DNA from: Lophium mytilinum
Lineage: Eukaryota
NCBI GenBank assembly: GCA_010093605.1
Contig: MU004191.1
Location: forward strand, 227,397 to 291,396
DNA length: 64,000 nt
Direction of reading: 5' to 3'
Positions 13,818 through 27,339 of this stretch are shown here, in pieces. Each line of letters begins with the position of its first letter. The first letter of the stretch is position 1. A program made the position numbers and the translations under genes. The notes beneath the pieces were generated by a model. It made no database searches, was not told where the DNA came from, and worked only from the letters and a program-made list of their open reading frames with translations.

Positions 13818-16800
13818 TGCAACGGTTATCAATCGGTCATGGAGAAGAAACGTGTAGCTGGATTGGAAGATGGCAGCAGATGGCGAGAGAAAATGTGGGA
13901 AGAGAACAGAAGTAGTGAGGTGGGATGATGACAATAGACTCGAGGGGGGTGAGATGAAAGGAAGGGCAAGGATCGCAACATGGCATCATACGGGAGACAT
14001 ACTTCTATATACGTATCTTGCCAATCGGCGAGGGGTCGGTGTAGCAGGGCGCGCCGATGAGAGGAGCAGCAGGTTGGACCTTGCTGGCGGCCACCATGCC
14101 GTTACTTCGTGCCCGTAGCTCCCTAGCCTGGTCAGGGCATCCAGGCTCCGCGCTCGCGGCCAGGGATAGGGACACGTGCCGAAGGAGGCTGGAGCTGCAC
14201 AATGCGGTTGCTGCTGAGTGGTGGAGGGGCGCGAGCGGAGGATTGGCGGTGGGTGACGGGTGAATGGGGGGTGGGGGCAGCTCGATTGGGACAGGTCTTC
14301 GCTGGGCCAGTCGCGGGATCTGTACGACAGCGACGGTGATCTCAGAAGTTGGCCCGCGGGAAGATGCCTTTCCTTTGCAGCCACGAGGCCGGACAAGGGC
14401 CCAAGGGCAGCATTCCACCGTTGCGAGAGCAGCCGGCGCGGGCACGTTGCGTGTCAAAGGGCCGAGTAGAACCTGGTTGGCGGGACCACGGTGCTGGGAG
14501 CGAGAAGTGATGACGGCCCAGGAAGAATGCTCCCAGCGTGCTGTTCAAGGCGAGAGTCTAGACGCTATGTAGATATCTGAACCGGGCGCAAGGCCGTAGC
14601 GGTTCGTATAAATTTGAAACCACCAGCGGGAGGAACAACGCTAGAACTCGCCTTGAAACTGACCCGTGCGGGCCCCGCCCTCGCCAATGCGCACTTCAAT
14701 TTCTCTCTCTTGCGGATGCTGCTGGAGTCCTGAATCGGCCAGCGGTGACCAATGCTGAGTCGTCTGGCGCCGATGGTCGCGGCTATGAATCGTGAACGAC
14801 CCTGGGCCCGCGCGACTCATCAACACTGTGACACTGTCGTGCGGCGCCCACTCCCTGTCTCCGAACAATGTCGTCTTTCTGGCGGTGAGGCCCAGTTCTA
14901 ATTGGTGCCATTGTCGCCGAACAGTGCCGAGCGTGAGCTATCGTGGTCGGAGGCTAAGGTACAAGCCGTTACGATATACCTTCGGCTTATCGAAAAACTC
15001 CCCACGGCGCCGAGTACCGCTACCTCCAACGGGGACACGGGGACGTCTGCAGCGTGGCATGATTGGGCGCCGTTATCCTGCACGACACGTTATGCCCGAT
15101 ATGGTGCAGTGTCTACTCAATATCCACCTCACACACCACTTTATTATACGTCAGCGCAGCGTCGACGAGACATGAAACGCAACATGGAATCTCTATTGCC
15201 GCTGCTACAGCTTGCACCATTTACCTTCATGTTAGTAGTGACATGGTGTCGGTAGTGCTGATACATTGGTGGGGTTCCAACTGCCCGAAGCAGCAGCATA
15301 GCGGACTCTTTTGAAGCTTCTCCCTTTCTGCATCCACATGCATGGAGACGGGAACGACGGGTGGAAGCGGACCACTCCGAGGCTAGCTTCCTGTACTGGC
15401 CACTTGGGCATGTTCCACCGTTCCTTTTCTCACGCAATGTGGTAATTTTCTTGTCTGCTCTTCCGTGCCACGTCATGAACATGACTATTTTTTTTGCTGA
15501 GCCAAGACGCTATCAAGTTTAGGACGAGATAATGCCGAATTCAGTTCCGAGGTAGCGGTCTACCATCCGTCGCGGCGGCGCGTCTGTATGCACTTGTCCG
15601 TATGACTTGTTGTAGCGCGGGGCGAAGGATCCAAGAGAGATCCGACAGTATGGTACGCCAGTTCGCTTGTCGAATTGCCATCTATCTTTGCTGGGACTGC
15701 TTTGATGCCGACCTGCCATACGTCTGCGCTCGGATGGCTTCCGAGCCCATGTCGCGCATCCCCGAGGCACAAAACGGCAGTGACTTATTCACCGTACTTT
15801 GACATCCATCTCCCTCTCGCACTCTCTTGACCGGATGAATAGTTAGTGAAGAGACTATCTGGACCAATGGAGAAAAAGAAAGGTATCAGGCGAAGCTAAT
15901 GCAACCCGGATCGAAAGCCGTATAGCTGTCGATCTAGAAGGATTGCATGCTGCAGACCTGCGTCTTCGATGCAGGAATCCCGGTGACACAGCAGCGAGTC
16001 TTCATGGCGCGCGCCCAGTCGCCATTTTTAATAAAGTGGCACCACGTTGACAGCTGTAGCGCAACAGCATTCTCGTCTTGTCCTAGAGCTTTTACCAGCA
16101 TCTGTTTCGAGATATCAACGGGAGTGCCAATCAGACCTTCGTCAGACCAAAGCCGCGGATATGCTAGATTACCCTAAGAGGTAGTCGAGCCAACAAATCA
16201 AGGACGAGGCTTGGAGGTATGCTGCTGAATAATCACAAATAATCCCCTTGTGTCGCAAAACTTGGAACCCAAGGCTGTCCCATGTCCGTCTTCGAATCCT
16301 TCGCAGATACTGAAACAGCAAGTCGTCGAAGTCCACGGTCACGGGTAGGAGTATCTTCAGCCCGATCCCGACTCATTGGGCCGGCCGTCGATCAGCCTTA
16401 CGACCCGAACCCCGCTAGTCAATCAGCCTTGTCCCAGAGCTTGGGGACCACCCAAAACAGCGACTCCAACACCACCCTAGCGTTATCCTCCTCTTATTAT
16501 ACCGCAGTATTATGGCAAGTTACCTCCAAAACATCCACGACATCGACGTCGTACTACCCACCCTCCTCAAATTCCCACGAATCCACTTCGACAACCCTGA
16601 GAACATACTCGACCCCAGTTGTAAGTTTGTGAGAACGACAGACCATCGGCGTCCAGTCCGCCCCCGCGACTCCAGCACCCCCTATCCGCACCTACCCGCA
16701 ACTCGCTCTCTGCAAGCTGCGAGTGTGAAGCACAGCATAACCATCCCATGCATCACGACATGCAACTGTGCAGCCATCCCATCACAGCGCGCGGGGAACG

Positions 16801-17824
16801 CCCGGATGCACTGATCCGCAGAGACAAGGCGACGAACCAGCGCCTGCATTGCTGCATCCTCCCCCTCACGATCGAAGACGCAATCGCCGTCGAGCGTCGT
16901 CTGCAACCACTTTCTGCCGGGGACCACCTTAGGCGGGTTGCACGAATAGGAAGCGGACCGGAGTGTATCGTATCGTCATGTTTCAGCATCGGCGGGTCCA
17001 GAATCTGAAAACGTCTATAGGCGAGGTGAGAAATCTGATCTGTCACATATGAAGTTAAAAGCCTCCGCTTTACTCACATGCGTTTACACTTCCTGCCCTG
17101 CTCCGCTTGCCTCGCATGCTGCGTTATGTTCCCCCCTCCCTTTGCCTCACTCAAACCGAACCCTCATCCTAGCATCAAGTCATGCACTCTGCGTCCGCAA
17201 TCTCCCCTACAGTCGTTCTGCTCGAGGCAGACCAAGATGACGCTGATGTGATGCTCATGTGGTTACACAACGCAATCTCCTTCTCTCCCCACTCTTGTCC
17301 ATCAATCCACTCTTGCTCCAGCCTCACGTCTCACCAGCCCTCGGCACCTAAAAACTAGTCCATCTGTGCTTATGTCCATAGCTCTTTCCCACGCTCTACC
17401 CACACTAGTCTTCCTTCAGCACCGTTCACTCTATCGAACAAGGAGAGAATTGGGGGGAATGGCCACTCCTGTGTCGACATCACAACTCACAGCACCATTC
17501 ATTTTCCAATTTTCCAATTTTCCTCATATCGTGCATTGACGGCTCCACCTACACTTAGCATTTCTATCTTCACCGATGATCCATCGTGCGGGAATGAGAG
17601 AACGACCAAAAGGGGGGGGAATCAATAAAAAAAGAAAACAATGGAAAAGTAACACAGCATCAAAATCGCCTCCCTAATCACTTGTCCATGCCGCCTCGAT
17701 GCCCCAACGTCCAACGCCGGTGAGAAAAGAGCGCGCCTCGCCTCAGCTCCCCAACCATCCCGAGTCCTCGTCGTCATCAAGCTCCCCATAACCTGTCTCA
17801 CCAACCAAGCACCCCATCCCCCAA

Positions 17825-20366
17825 CTAATATGGACTATTAACAATCTCGTTCCTCCCCAAATAGCTCCCCCTCGCACCACTCCTCCGCGGCGTGCCCACC
17901 CGCGCGGGACTCGCAATACTCTCGCGCGTCGGCCGCTGCAGCGCGCGCTTCGCCACCATATTGACCTCATTCGGCAGCGCGACAATCAGATTCTTATCGC
18001 TGCCAAACTTGAAGTTATCCGCCTTGACCTCCTCGCTATACCGCTTAATACTGTACGGATCCTTGCGGTTCGCCAGCACCTTCTTCAAGCTCCACGTGAC
18101 GATGAACGGCCCCGTCGCCGTGATGATAGTCGTCTCCTTATCGTCGAGGCCCGTGTTGAAGTGCGCCGTCGTGAAGGCGATGGGCTGCTTCGTCTCGTGC
18201 TGGAACTGCGCGACGTGGCTGGGCGTGAGGCCGAGGCGGCGGGGTTGGGGTTTGTCGTCCTTGGCGAAGGCCTTTTCGAAGCCGAGCTTGCCCGCGTTCT
18301 TGCCGTCTTTTTGGAGGGCGTCGATGAGGAGGAGGTAGGTGCGGGTCGTGGCGAGCACCCAGCGCCCGTCGGCTGACACGTCCATGCCAATGATGGGGTC
18401 GCCGAGGGCGGGGATGAGGGTTTTGGCGTTGATGCCGAGGCGGTCGAAGAGGCGGATGTCGCCTTTGTTGGAGGCGACGGCGATGTGGCCCTTCTCGGTG
18501 GTTGCGGCGGCGGAGAAGTCGTTTTTGCTGACGTATGTCTTGAGGTCGGTGTCGACGAGCTTGTTGCCGGAGAGGCGGGGGTCGATGCGGTAGAGGGCGT
18601 TGCCTGATAGCCCGAGGAAGGTCTGCTCGCCGGTCATTTGGGCGAATTTCTGTAGTATGTTAGTTGACGGATTCAAGACGAGGAGATTCTTTGAAACTTA
18701 CTTTCTCTGGGGCGAAGGTCCTGACAGTGATGTCGTCGTGAACCTTCCATTCATCCACGACCTTTCCGTATTCTAAGTCCATACGGTAGAGCGAGTTGGG
18801 ATCATCCGTGTTCTGCAAGATCATATTCGTGTCCTCTGCGTGCAGCATAACCTTGTTCGGGCTAAACAATTTGCCCTTGGGCGTCTGGACTTTGGAGATG
18901 TTGGTCGAGAACTCCAGATGATTATCCGGAGTGTGCTTGAAGACTCCAATTTTGGATCCTCGGACAACGAAGGACCGATCATGCTTATAGCCCACAGCGA
19001 GCTGGGAGTTGACATTGCCATCCTCGTCGCGGGTGACAACATCATCTTCGGATTCATCACTGTCGTAATGCTCGCTGCGCTTCCCATCATCTGCATCTTC
19101 ATAGTCCTCTTCCTCATCTTCTTCTTCCTCAGCATCTGGAGCGTCTTCCATGGTGAGGTCATTGAAGGCATCTAGCACGTACTGCTGATCAGTCTCCTTA
19201 GATTTCGCCCATTTGATCTGATTGAGATGCTCCCACAGTGCCTGCATAGTCCCAGACTGGAAGCTCTCCAGGCCTTTTTCAGTAGGGAACTTCAAAAGCC
19301 AAGAGTAAGCGGAGCCATCCTCCAAGTAGTGATTAAAGATGAAAGATTGGTATTCGAAGTTGAAGACTGGGTTGATCTCAGGAATGATAGGCTGTCCGAG
19401 CCACTCTCGCTCCTCGCCAGTAATCTGAAGCCAGTAATCCCAATTGCCCACCTCCAAGACTCTCGCATGGACCGCAGGATCCTGCTTGATAAAGGTTCCG
19501 GAGGGGAAGTCGAAGAGATGCAGCTCCGCGACGTCGTCGGCCAGTACCGTGCGGCTTTCAGGGTGAGCTGCAGATGGAGGTGCGACTGTCGGGCCCTCTT
19601 CTTGCACAGGCTCTTTGCCCTTGCCCACAACCTTCTTGGACATCTTCTCCTTGGCGGTATTCGGGAACAGGGCAGTAGTGTCAGGAGTAGGTGGGAGGAC
19701 TGGAGACTTAGACACCGGGCTAGCAAGCGGGCTAGCCTCCGGAATCGGCTCTTCGTCGAAAGTGAGGTCCTCTAGATCCTGTTCACTGGCGCGCTCGTGG
19801 CTCTGACGGAACTTCCTCTCGTACTGACACTGGAGAGACACGCGCTCGAAGAGGGCCGCAGTCTCGGGCTTGACAGAAGAGTCGCACACAAACTCCCACA
19901 GGTCACCGTAGTCGCCGCTCAAGTCGCGCCACGCAAAGACCTTCTCCCCCGTCTGGCGGATGTCGGTGCGGAACTGTAGGCTTGGGTCGAGGAGGAACGT
20001 CTTCTCGTCTTTTTCCCCACCGAGCCCCTCAACACCAGCGTCCTCGCCGTCTTCTTCCGCTAGAAGCTCTTCCTCGCCTTCCTCGTAGGCGCGCTGTATC
20101 ACAAGCTGGTATTGGAACTCCTGGCCAGTGCGGCGGATCGAGGCTGCCGCGTCCTTGAAGATGAGCTCGGAGTAGCCCTTGACGGAAAGCGGTCGGACGA
20201 GGTAGAGTTGGCCCTGGGGGATCTCGATGATTGATTCCTTTGATGCGTCGCCGAAGAGGAACTTGCTAACTGGAGTGTTGTGTCAGTGGAGGCGCAGTAA
20301 ATGGGAGGAAGGGATTCCAAACACAGCGTTGGCGGGGGTATACATACCGTTCCTGAGCATGAACAT
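17825..20366 (-). CDS. VID27: Vacuolar import and degradation protein 27 (VID27 family: PH-like domains plus beta-propeller)
   Basis: Exons 20366-20348, 20269-18702, 18649-17825. Translation starts MFMLRNVSKFLFGDASKESIIEIPQGQLYLVRP. Contains NSQLAVGYKHDRSFVVRGSKIGVF, MDLEYGKVVDEW, GDIRLFDRLGINAKT and DNFKFGSDK. Confidence 0.93.
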
Positions 20367-21190
20367 GGTGATAAGGACGTGTAGCTAGAACCTGGATGAT
20401 CCGAGGTGAGGTGTTGGCTGGGTGTCTGAGACTTTGAAGGGCCCCGCAGGTATTTTGCGCTGGCGGGCGGGTAGGCAGGGCAAAACGCGAGCTGGTGAAT
20501 GCATTATTATGACGCTGCCCGCTTACGCCACAGTAGGTGGGCAGGCGGCAAAGTGGCTTTTTCGAAGTGTCCACTACACTGCGAGCAAACCAGACCCAAA
20601 CATAGGTACTAGTACGTAAGTTTGCAACTAATAAAAGGCCTTCAGAACCATATGAGAAGGTCCAGGAAACCAGCAATACACTCTATTTTAAATCGCCTGT
20701 TCGACGTTACAGCTGTGCAAAAATCTCGCCGAGTTGTGTATATATCTTCTGGAGTCGCGATCTGGAACTAAAGTTAGACAGTATATGCGGGCTCCCGCTC
20801 GCTTCCAAGATTCTCCCCAGGCAACGGGCTCGTGCAGCGGTCCGTGATCAGACAGATGATTTACTCAGGGACACCTGGCAAACAATTGAGACAAATATTT
20901 GGCACTCATAGCGGATGCCACTGCTTGAAGCGACTCAAGTAGATAGCCTGGCAAGAGGAAATGGCACAGTGCTCGAGACCTTCTGTCGTCTTTAGATTTC
21001 TGTAATCATGTTGAGGCATGGGGGCAAATTCAATGCAGACTCATGAGGAGGTACTGTAGGTTTTTGTCTGACTATCGCTGGATTTCTACTCGCCCGCTCC
21101 TGCACTGGCTCTGCCAGTTGCCGCCCGCTACCAATTTCCGATAAGTGATACAGACGGTAGTCCACCTGCACCATTCCGCGGCACCCTGCA

Positions 21191-23768
21191 TTAAAACAAA
21201 TCCAAAAGCTCCTGGTTGCTCTTTGGCCCCGCCGGACTGCCCAGCTGCTGGCTTGCGGGCGGAGGCTGGCTGGAGCCTCCAATATCTAAACCTCCGAACC
21301 CGTTCATTATGTCGTCGTTCGTCATCTGCGCCGCCGTGCTGGGGTTGCCGTCTCCGAATAGACCCATTAAGTCGTCCATGTTGTTCGCCGGCGCGTTGGA
21401 TGTCGGAGATGCAACTCTCTGCGGCGTACCAGCGAGACCCTCCAAGCCTGACGATCCCGGCGGTGGTTTTGTTTGCATTGATGCGGGCGCCGAACCATCA
21501 AAATCGAAGTCGAGGAGGTTCTCTGCGTTCGGTTGCGGAGCTGTGCCTCCTGTGGCAGCGGCAGCTGCAGCGGCTGCCGCAATCGGATTCTCTCGAGCCT
21601 CTTGTTGTTGCTCCCTGTGAAAGTAAGTAAAGGGCTGCGTGGGCTGGACACCGACAAAACATACTCAATAGCCGCCTTTTGCATAGCCTCTGCCCCGAAT
21701 CGGCCTTGTCCAAGGAATGTCTCTGGTGGCTTGTGATACACCGACGCTAGCGTTGAAAGTTCTGTGAGAAGTTGCTCGAGGAGAGGAGCCGGTAGTGACT
21801 GAATGGTAGATGTGATTGGAGGTTTGTCAGAAAGGACGATGTTCTGAGCCGATCATCAGTATTCTTCCTTATTAAGTACATATTAAAACATACCTTTGCG
21901 ATTTGAGGATCACTGGAAAGCAGTCTCCAGTAGACATAGGCTCGGTCTCTGATATCGGGGTTGTCATTTTCCGCCGTGGCCGCCTGCAGGACCTTTTGCA
22001 CGAGGCCTTGTGATTGATCCGGTTTCTTGAGGAACAATTTGACCACAGCTGTCAAAATCTGTAGTTGTGTCTGACATGCAAGTCAGCTTCCGCCCGATTC
22101 TAAACGCTAGAATTGAACCTACCTGTGTAAACTCCTCGCTAAAGCCATCAACGAATCCAGAAAGGATGTCGCCAGCATTGTTAATCTTGTCCGCATACTC
22201 CCCAACAATCCAAATGAGAGCGCCTCGAGCATTTGGTTCGTCGAGCTCATCAATGCATTGGCAAAGTGTGGGAATGATGCCTTCATATCCAGGGTATCGC
22301 CGGAATATGTCCTTAATAACCACAATGGCTTCTTGTACAACGTAGTTGACCTTGGTATTGATGAGATCAAGGAGCGTGTTGACACACTTCTCACTCGCAC
22401 TCTCAATCTTGATAGCCACCTGACCGATGGCTTTTACTGCGCGCCTCACAAAGTCCATATCAACCTCCATGGCGTATTCCTTGAGTTCTGCTAATAGCTG
22501 GTCGACGTTCTTGTCGTTTGCGATCCTGACCATGATTTCTAGCTTCTCGAGCTTCAGATAGGGAGGGTCGTTATATTTGCAGAAGAAGACTCGCATTTCC
22601 TTGCTCAAAACATCCGGTTGCTTCTGTAATATTAGGTCGATGTTTCGTAGGGCAACATATTGGACCTCAGGTGCAGATGATACCAAGGTAACTAAGGCTG
22701 TTAGCGCCCGTTATTACAAGCATTGGCATCTATACATACCCAGAGGAGGAGCCATTTTCTTGAGGTAGGACTTGGCAAGTTCAGGACCAACATATCGCAT
22801 GTGGAGGAACACAACTTTGACGGCTGCAAGCACTACGCTTGGATTGACGTGTTGGAATTGCGGGGATACCCTTTCGCAAATGTGTTCAGCCTCCTTTGTA
22901 TCTACTGCCTTGTAGTCCGCGAGAGTTGTGAGTAAGGTGACTCGTCCCCATTCCGTGCACTCATTAAGAGCCATGAGCATCTTCTTCAACGTGGCTGCAC
23001 TTATAGCGAAGGCCTTTGTCTCTGGCGCAGATTCTTGAATCTCCACCAACGCAGTTACGGAGTTCGCTACCACCATGGGGTTGGGGTCGCCTATCATTTC
23101 CTGTAAAGATTCCAGGAAGCCGTTTTCCAAGCACATCGAGGGGTTGAGGTCGAAAAGTTTCGCAACACAAAGGGCAGCGGTTTTCCGCACGTAAGGAGAT
23201 TCGTCCCGAAGAGTCTTTCTTAGGGGTTCCTCCATGTAGTCCACCATTTTGTCAACCCGAATGCAACCCATTGTCCGTATTGCCAGCGCGCGCACCAGAG
23301 GATTGGGGTCTTCGGAGTCCTGAACGAAAGTGTTCACGGCGAGAATGCAGAGGTCGGGATGTGATTTGGCGTAATTCCTGAACGCAGCTGTTAGATCTAA
23401 GTGTGAGTATGCGCCTAGACTGACCTACATCAAGTAAAGGTACACTAGTTTTTTCTGGTCCAGATCAGACGTCGCTATATTCTTGAGGACATCTGGAAAC
23501 AACGCGGACACGTCCTTGCCCAGCGTCATAGACATGATCGTCTTCTGGATAGCCTCTTTCCTATGGAGGCTTAGTAAATAGTCTCAGATCTGTATAGTTC
23601 CGCGCAGGCGAACCTTTCGTATGCATATTGAGACCTAAAAGCAATGATCAGTACGGCGCATAATGGACCGACATGCTGCGGGTGCTCTTACACCAGACCT
23701 GCCCTCAGCTCGAACGTCTCTCCCTTCCTAGGCACCGCGAAGGCACCTCTTATCCTGTTTACCGCCAT
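21191..23768 (-). CDS. APL2: AP-1 adaptor complex beta subunit (beta-adaptin), multi-exon
   Basis: Start [26 protein letters not shown]. Contains [54 protein letters not shown] and [17 protein letters not shown]-terminus ...NQELLDLF*. The AP-1 versus AP-2 beta call rests on recognition of the N-terminus. Confidence 0.9.
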
Positions 23769-24966
23769 CTCTACACTTCAGCCGCGGGGGTGCCGACCGC
23801 AGACGCCGCCCTCATACACTTGGAGATTTGTTGCTTGGTGATCGCTAGCTCGCGGAGGGGTGTTCGTGGGGTGGATGGGGCTGACAAGTCGATTTGGGGA
23901 GGTTTCGCGGGAGGATTTGGTTTCGAAGAAGGTGTGAGAGGTGGGTGGGTTTAGTGTGTTGTGATGATGCTGATCAGATTTGAGGTCGCGGAAGTGGTGG
24001 CCTTGTCCTGAATGGCGAGAAGTCCCCGATGGCGATTGGCGAGTCTCGAACCTCTCGTCCACGCCATCCGCAAACAACGTCAATATTCTAGGAGTGCAAG
24101 TAGGCAGGCACTTCGTGGAAGCTATACACTATGGTTTGTCTCTTTTCGAATTGCTATATCACTTCGCTCGGCTTAACATCGTCACAGCCTTCTAATCTCC
24201 CCAATCTCCGGAGGCTGTTCGTAGAGGCACGAACTGACGCTGAAGAAAGCGCCTACTCAAGAAACGCGGTACGATACACCTATGCCACTGTGAACTCAAG
24301 GTCATTCTCTAACGTCTTTGCAGTTCTATAATTTGGTTCTATTCATGTCCTCGGTTGCGGTGTTCAGTCTTGCAGCCCAACGCATGTCAGAGAACCGTAT
24401 TACTGGCTAGGAGTACGAGCGGCTGTGCTTCAAAAAGTGAATCTCTGGAGGGCGTACGCGGGAACAGCATTATCGCCTTGTGCACGGAGGCATAGGCGTG
24501 AGGAAGGCGTTTGGGAATCATGATTGAGTAAAAGCTTGGCGTTATTCGAGATACCCATGGGGTGCCCCAGCGAGGTCAAAGGGCTGCCAAAGCGTTCGGA
24601 AATTGGGCCGAAGTAGACCGTGCAGACTTTGCATTTTGTTCAAATGTTATGCGACTCACGGAAGCCCCACAGACCGTGTGAACCAGTGTACACTGATTTT
24701 TGAAATAGATAGCATGACAACCGCTAATATTGGGTATATTGATACGAGAAACTCTACACCTGCTTTTACCACACTAAACATCGTCGAATCCGAATTTCCT
24801 TCCCTATATCTTAGCAGTCAAGCTGCATCTTCTAGCAGCAATGAACTCTTTCACGCTCGAAATCAAGCCCTTCACGCTACATTTATATCACATGCCAAAT
24901 GCTCTTAGAGGACGCCCAGCATGAATATTACTCGCAGCATGCTGCCAGTCCATCGACGCCGATCGC

Positions 24967-26416
24967 TTAATCTGAGTCTGAACCTGAAAAGGCCGATTCC
25001 TCCGACTCTTCGTCCTCATCGTCTTCACCATCACCGTTGTCCTCAACAGCATCGTCGCTGTCATCATCTCCACCATCTTGTTCCTCGCCCGAGTCATCCG
25101 AGTCAAATTTGATAGGAGCAACTGGCTTGGAAGCTCTCGCCGCTGCTCTCCGTGGCCTTCCCCCGGCATCTTCTGCGTTGCCCCACGCTTTTGCGCCCTC
25201 CTGCACAGCATTCAATTCTGCGTCTAGCTCACGCTTCGCCTTGATTTTCTGTGCCTTCTCAAGGGTGTATCGTCCGTCCATCCCGGCATCCCTTAGCAGC
25301 TCTTTAAGATGACTGATCTTTTCTTTCGGGGTGTCGTATTGAGCGAGGTACCGAGCCCACACCTTCTTGATGCCACAGCTCACTAAGTGGCTCTGCAACT
25401 GCTTTATCTCGGCCTCTTGGGGAGTCACATCCTTTCCAGCAGACTTGGCCTTTGGCTCGCGCGGTTTAGGGGCGCTCGTTGCCTTTTTCGTGCGTGGTTT
25501 CTTCGTCGGAGGTTCGTCCAATACGTCTGACAGCTCGCTTTCGGAGGCATCTTTTTTGGCTTTGCTCGCTTTAGCCCCCGTCTCCTGATCGCTCTCATCG
25601 TCTGGCGGTTCGTTGTCGTGTCCTGCTGATGCATCGCTCATCTCGTCGTCAGACTCCACCTTTTTGACGTTCGCAGCTGCTCGTCGAGCAGGACTTTTCG
25701 GGCCAGCTGCCAAATCAGAATCACTAGGTGATTGTACTGAGTCTGGGGCATCTGATTCCTCATCTTCGTCGCTCGAGACGACCTTTCTGCGTTTCTGAGG
25801 CTTGGGCTTGGAGACTGGAGATTTCCTCTTCACGCCTCGTGGAGGCTCAGCTGGCTTGGTCTTTTTTGGCGCAGCTTTGGGTTTTGGGGCTGGCTTCGCC
25901 GCAACTTTCTTCTTCTTCGGGGGACTAGGTTCGGGTGTAGGGGCAGCATCCTCTTTCTGGCATGTATCCTGGCACGCGCAGATCAGTCAGCGCCATATTC
26001 TACGTGTAAATGCATAACGGTTACACGTGCGCGCTATTGCTTCACGTGCTTAACGAGTTGCAATCCCTCCTCCATAATTTATAAACGACCCGTCTGAGCA
26101 GTAGAGGGTGTAGCTTCATCATTCTAAAGAAGTATTGAAGCGCGCCAAACAGTAGCAAGCATGGGTACACAGCTCGATGAAGTGCAGAAAGACATACCAC
26201 TTGGCCGTGAATGATGGTGTGGCTTTTCGTCTTCCAGAGAGCATCTTTCAAGAATCCCGACGGCAGCTCGAGTTTCTCCTCGGTGACGGTGCGCACGCGT
26301 TTGACAGTGAGGTCGTCGGTGTTACCGGACTTCCAGATCTCGACGACAGATTCGCGTAGGACCTTCTCGATGGTGGCGTCGGTGGGCGCATCCTGGTCTG
26401 CGTCGTCGTAGGCCAT
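24967..26416 (-). CDS. HIRIP3-like chromatin protein (N-terminal DEK-C-like domain, C-terminal CHZ-like histone chaperone region)
   Basis: Exon 1 26416-26198 (DDLTVKRVRTVTEEKLELPSGFLK). Intron 26197..25969 (GTATGT..CAG). Exon 2 is in frame with the 288-aa ORF, with K/D/E-rich linker, LQSHLVSCGIKKVW and GMDGRYTLEKAQKIKAKRELDAEL. Confidence 0.8.
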
Positions 26417-26514
26417 AGCGGCGTTGTTGATATGTCGACGCGTGTGGTGTTGAGCGTGAAAGGCGGATCGACAGGGCTCACTGCGGAGACAGCGCCGTAT
26501 GGCCGGCTAGGCTG

Positions 26515-26716
26515 GATTTATTGTATTTAAAACGGAGTACATTCCTTGGCGTTTTTCTCTATACACCCCCCCTAATTTTATAAGCGCGTGCCTGGGATTA
26601 TTAGATAGGTTATATATTAATTTTTAACTACTTTTTAATATACCTATATTAGCTATTAGTAAGGCCTCTTATATATATATTAAAGCTTATATACTAATAA
26701 TTTCTAGTATTCTAGT
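26515..26716 (+). repeat. Left terminal inverted repeat (~200 bp)
   Basis: GATTTATTGTATTTAAAACGGAGTACATTCCTTGGCGTTTTTCTCTATACACCCCCCCTAATTTTATAAGCGCGTGCCTGGGATTATTAGATAGG... is the reverse complement of 58007-58209. Differences are almost all transitions. Confidence 0.95.
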
Positions 26717-27339
26717 ACTACTATAATATTCTTAATACAGCGTAATCTTTAATAATAATACCTAACGCTCTAGAGACCTACTAGTAGCTAGAGAAGGTAG
26801 AAAAAAAGAAGAAAGAGAAGAAAGAGAAGAAGTAGGTACTTTTATAGAATTACTTAAAGTTACGCTAAAGAATATATAGACTACTACCTAAAGAGAGAGA
26901 TATATATACTTTAATAATAGCTAAGCTACTATTAAAGCTACTATAAGACTAGGTATAGATCTTTTAGCTAAAATAGTAAAAGAGAGAAAGAATAGACTAT
27001 AGTATAAGGCTTAGGCAGCTAAAAAGGCTATACATAAGGCTATAGTAATAGATAGGTAGCGCGCGGTATAAAAAAAGGTAGTATAATAGTAAAAGAAGAT
27101 AGTATAGTAGTAAGAAGAAGTAGTATAGAATAAAAAGATCTAGAATAGTTATAACTCTATACTAGGTCTACCGCTATTATTACTACTAGATAGAGATAGA
27201 GTACTACCCTTTATATTCTCTTCTACTTTTAGTACTCTAGCGCGCTATAAGCGCGTAGTATTAATATTACTACTAATATCTACTAGTTCTCTAGACTATA
27301 ATATTAACCTATTATTCTAGCTATTTATTAATAAGAAGA

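Noticed and set aside
16512..17008. Possible small two-exon gene (MASYLQNIHDIDVVLPTLLKFP..., donor GTAAGT at 16621)
   Set aside because: The best acceptor (CCGCAG at ~16821) creates an immediate stop, and no family was recognised. It cannot be supported without RNA data.
26479..26483. CACTG just outside the left TIR as a CACTA-type terminus
   Set aside because: There is no matching CAGTG at the equivalent position on the right. It lies in un-RIPped host sequence upstream of the HIRIP3-like ATG.
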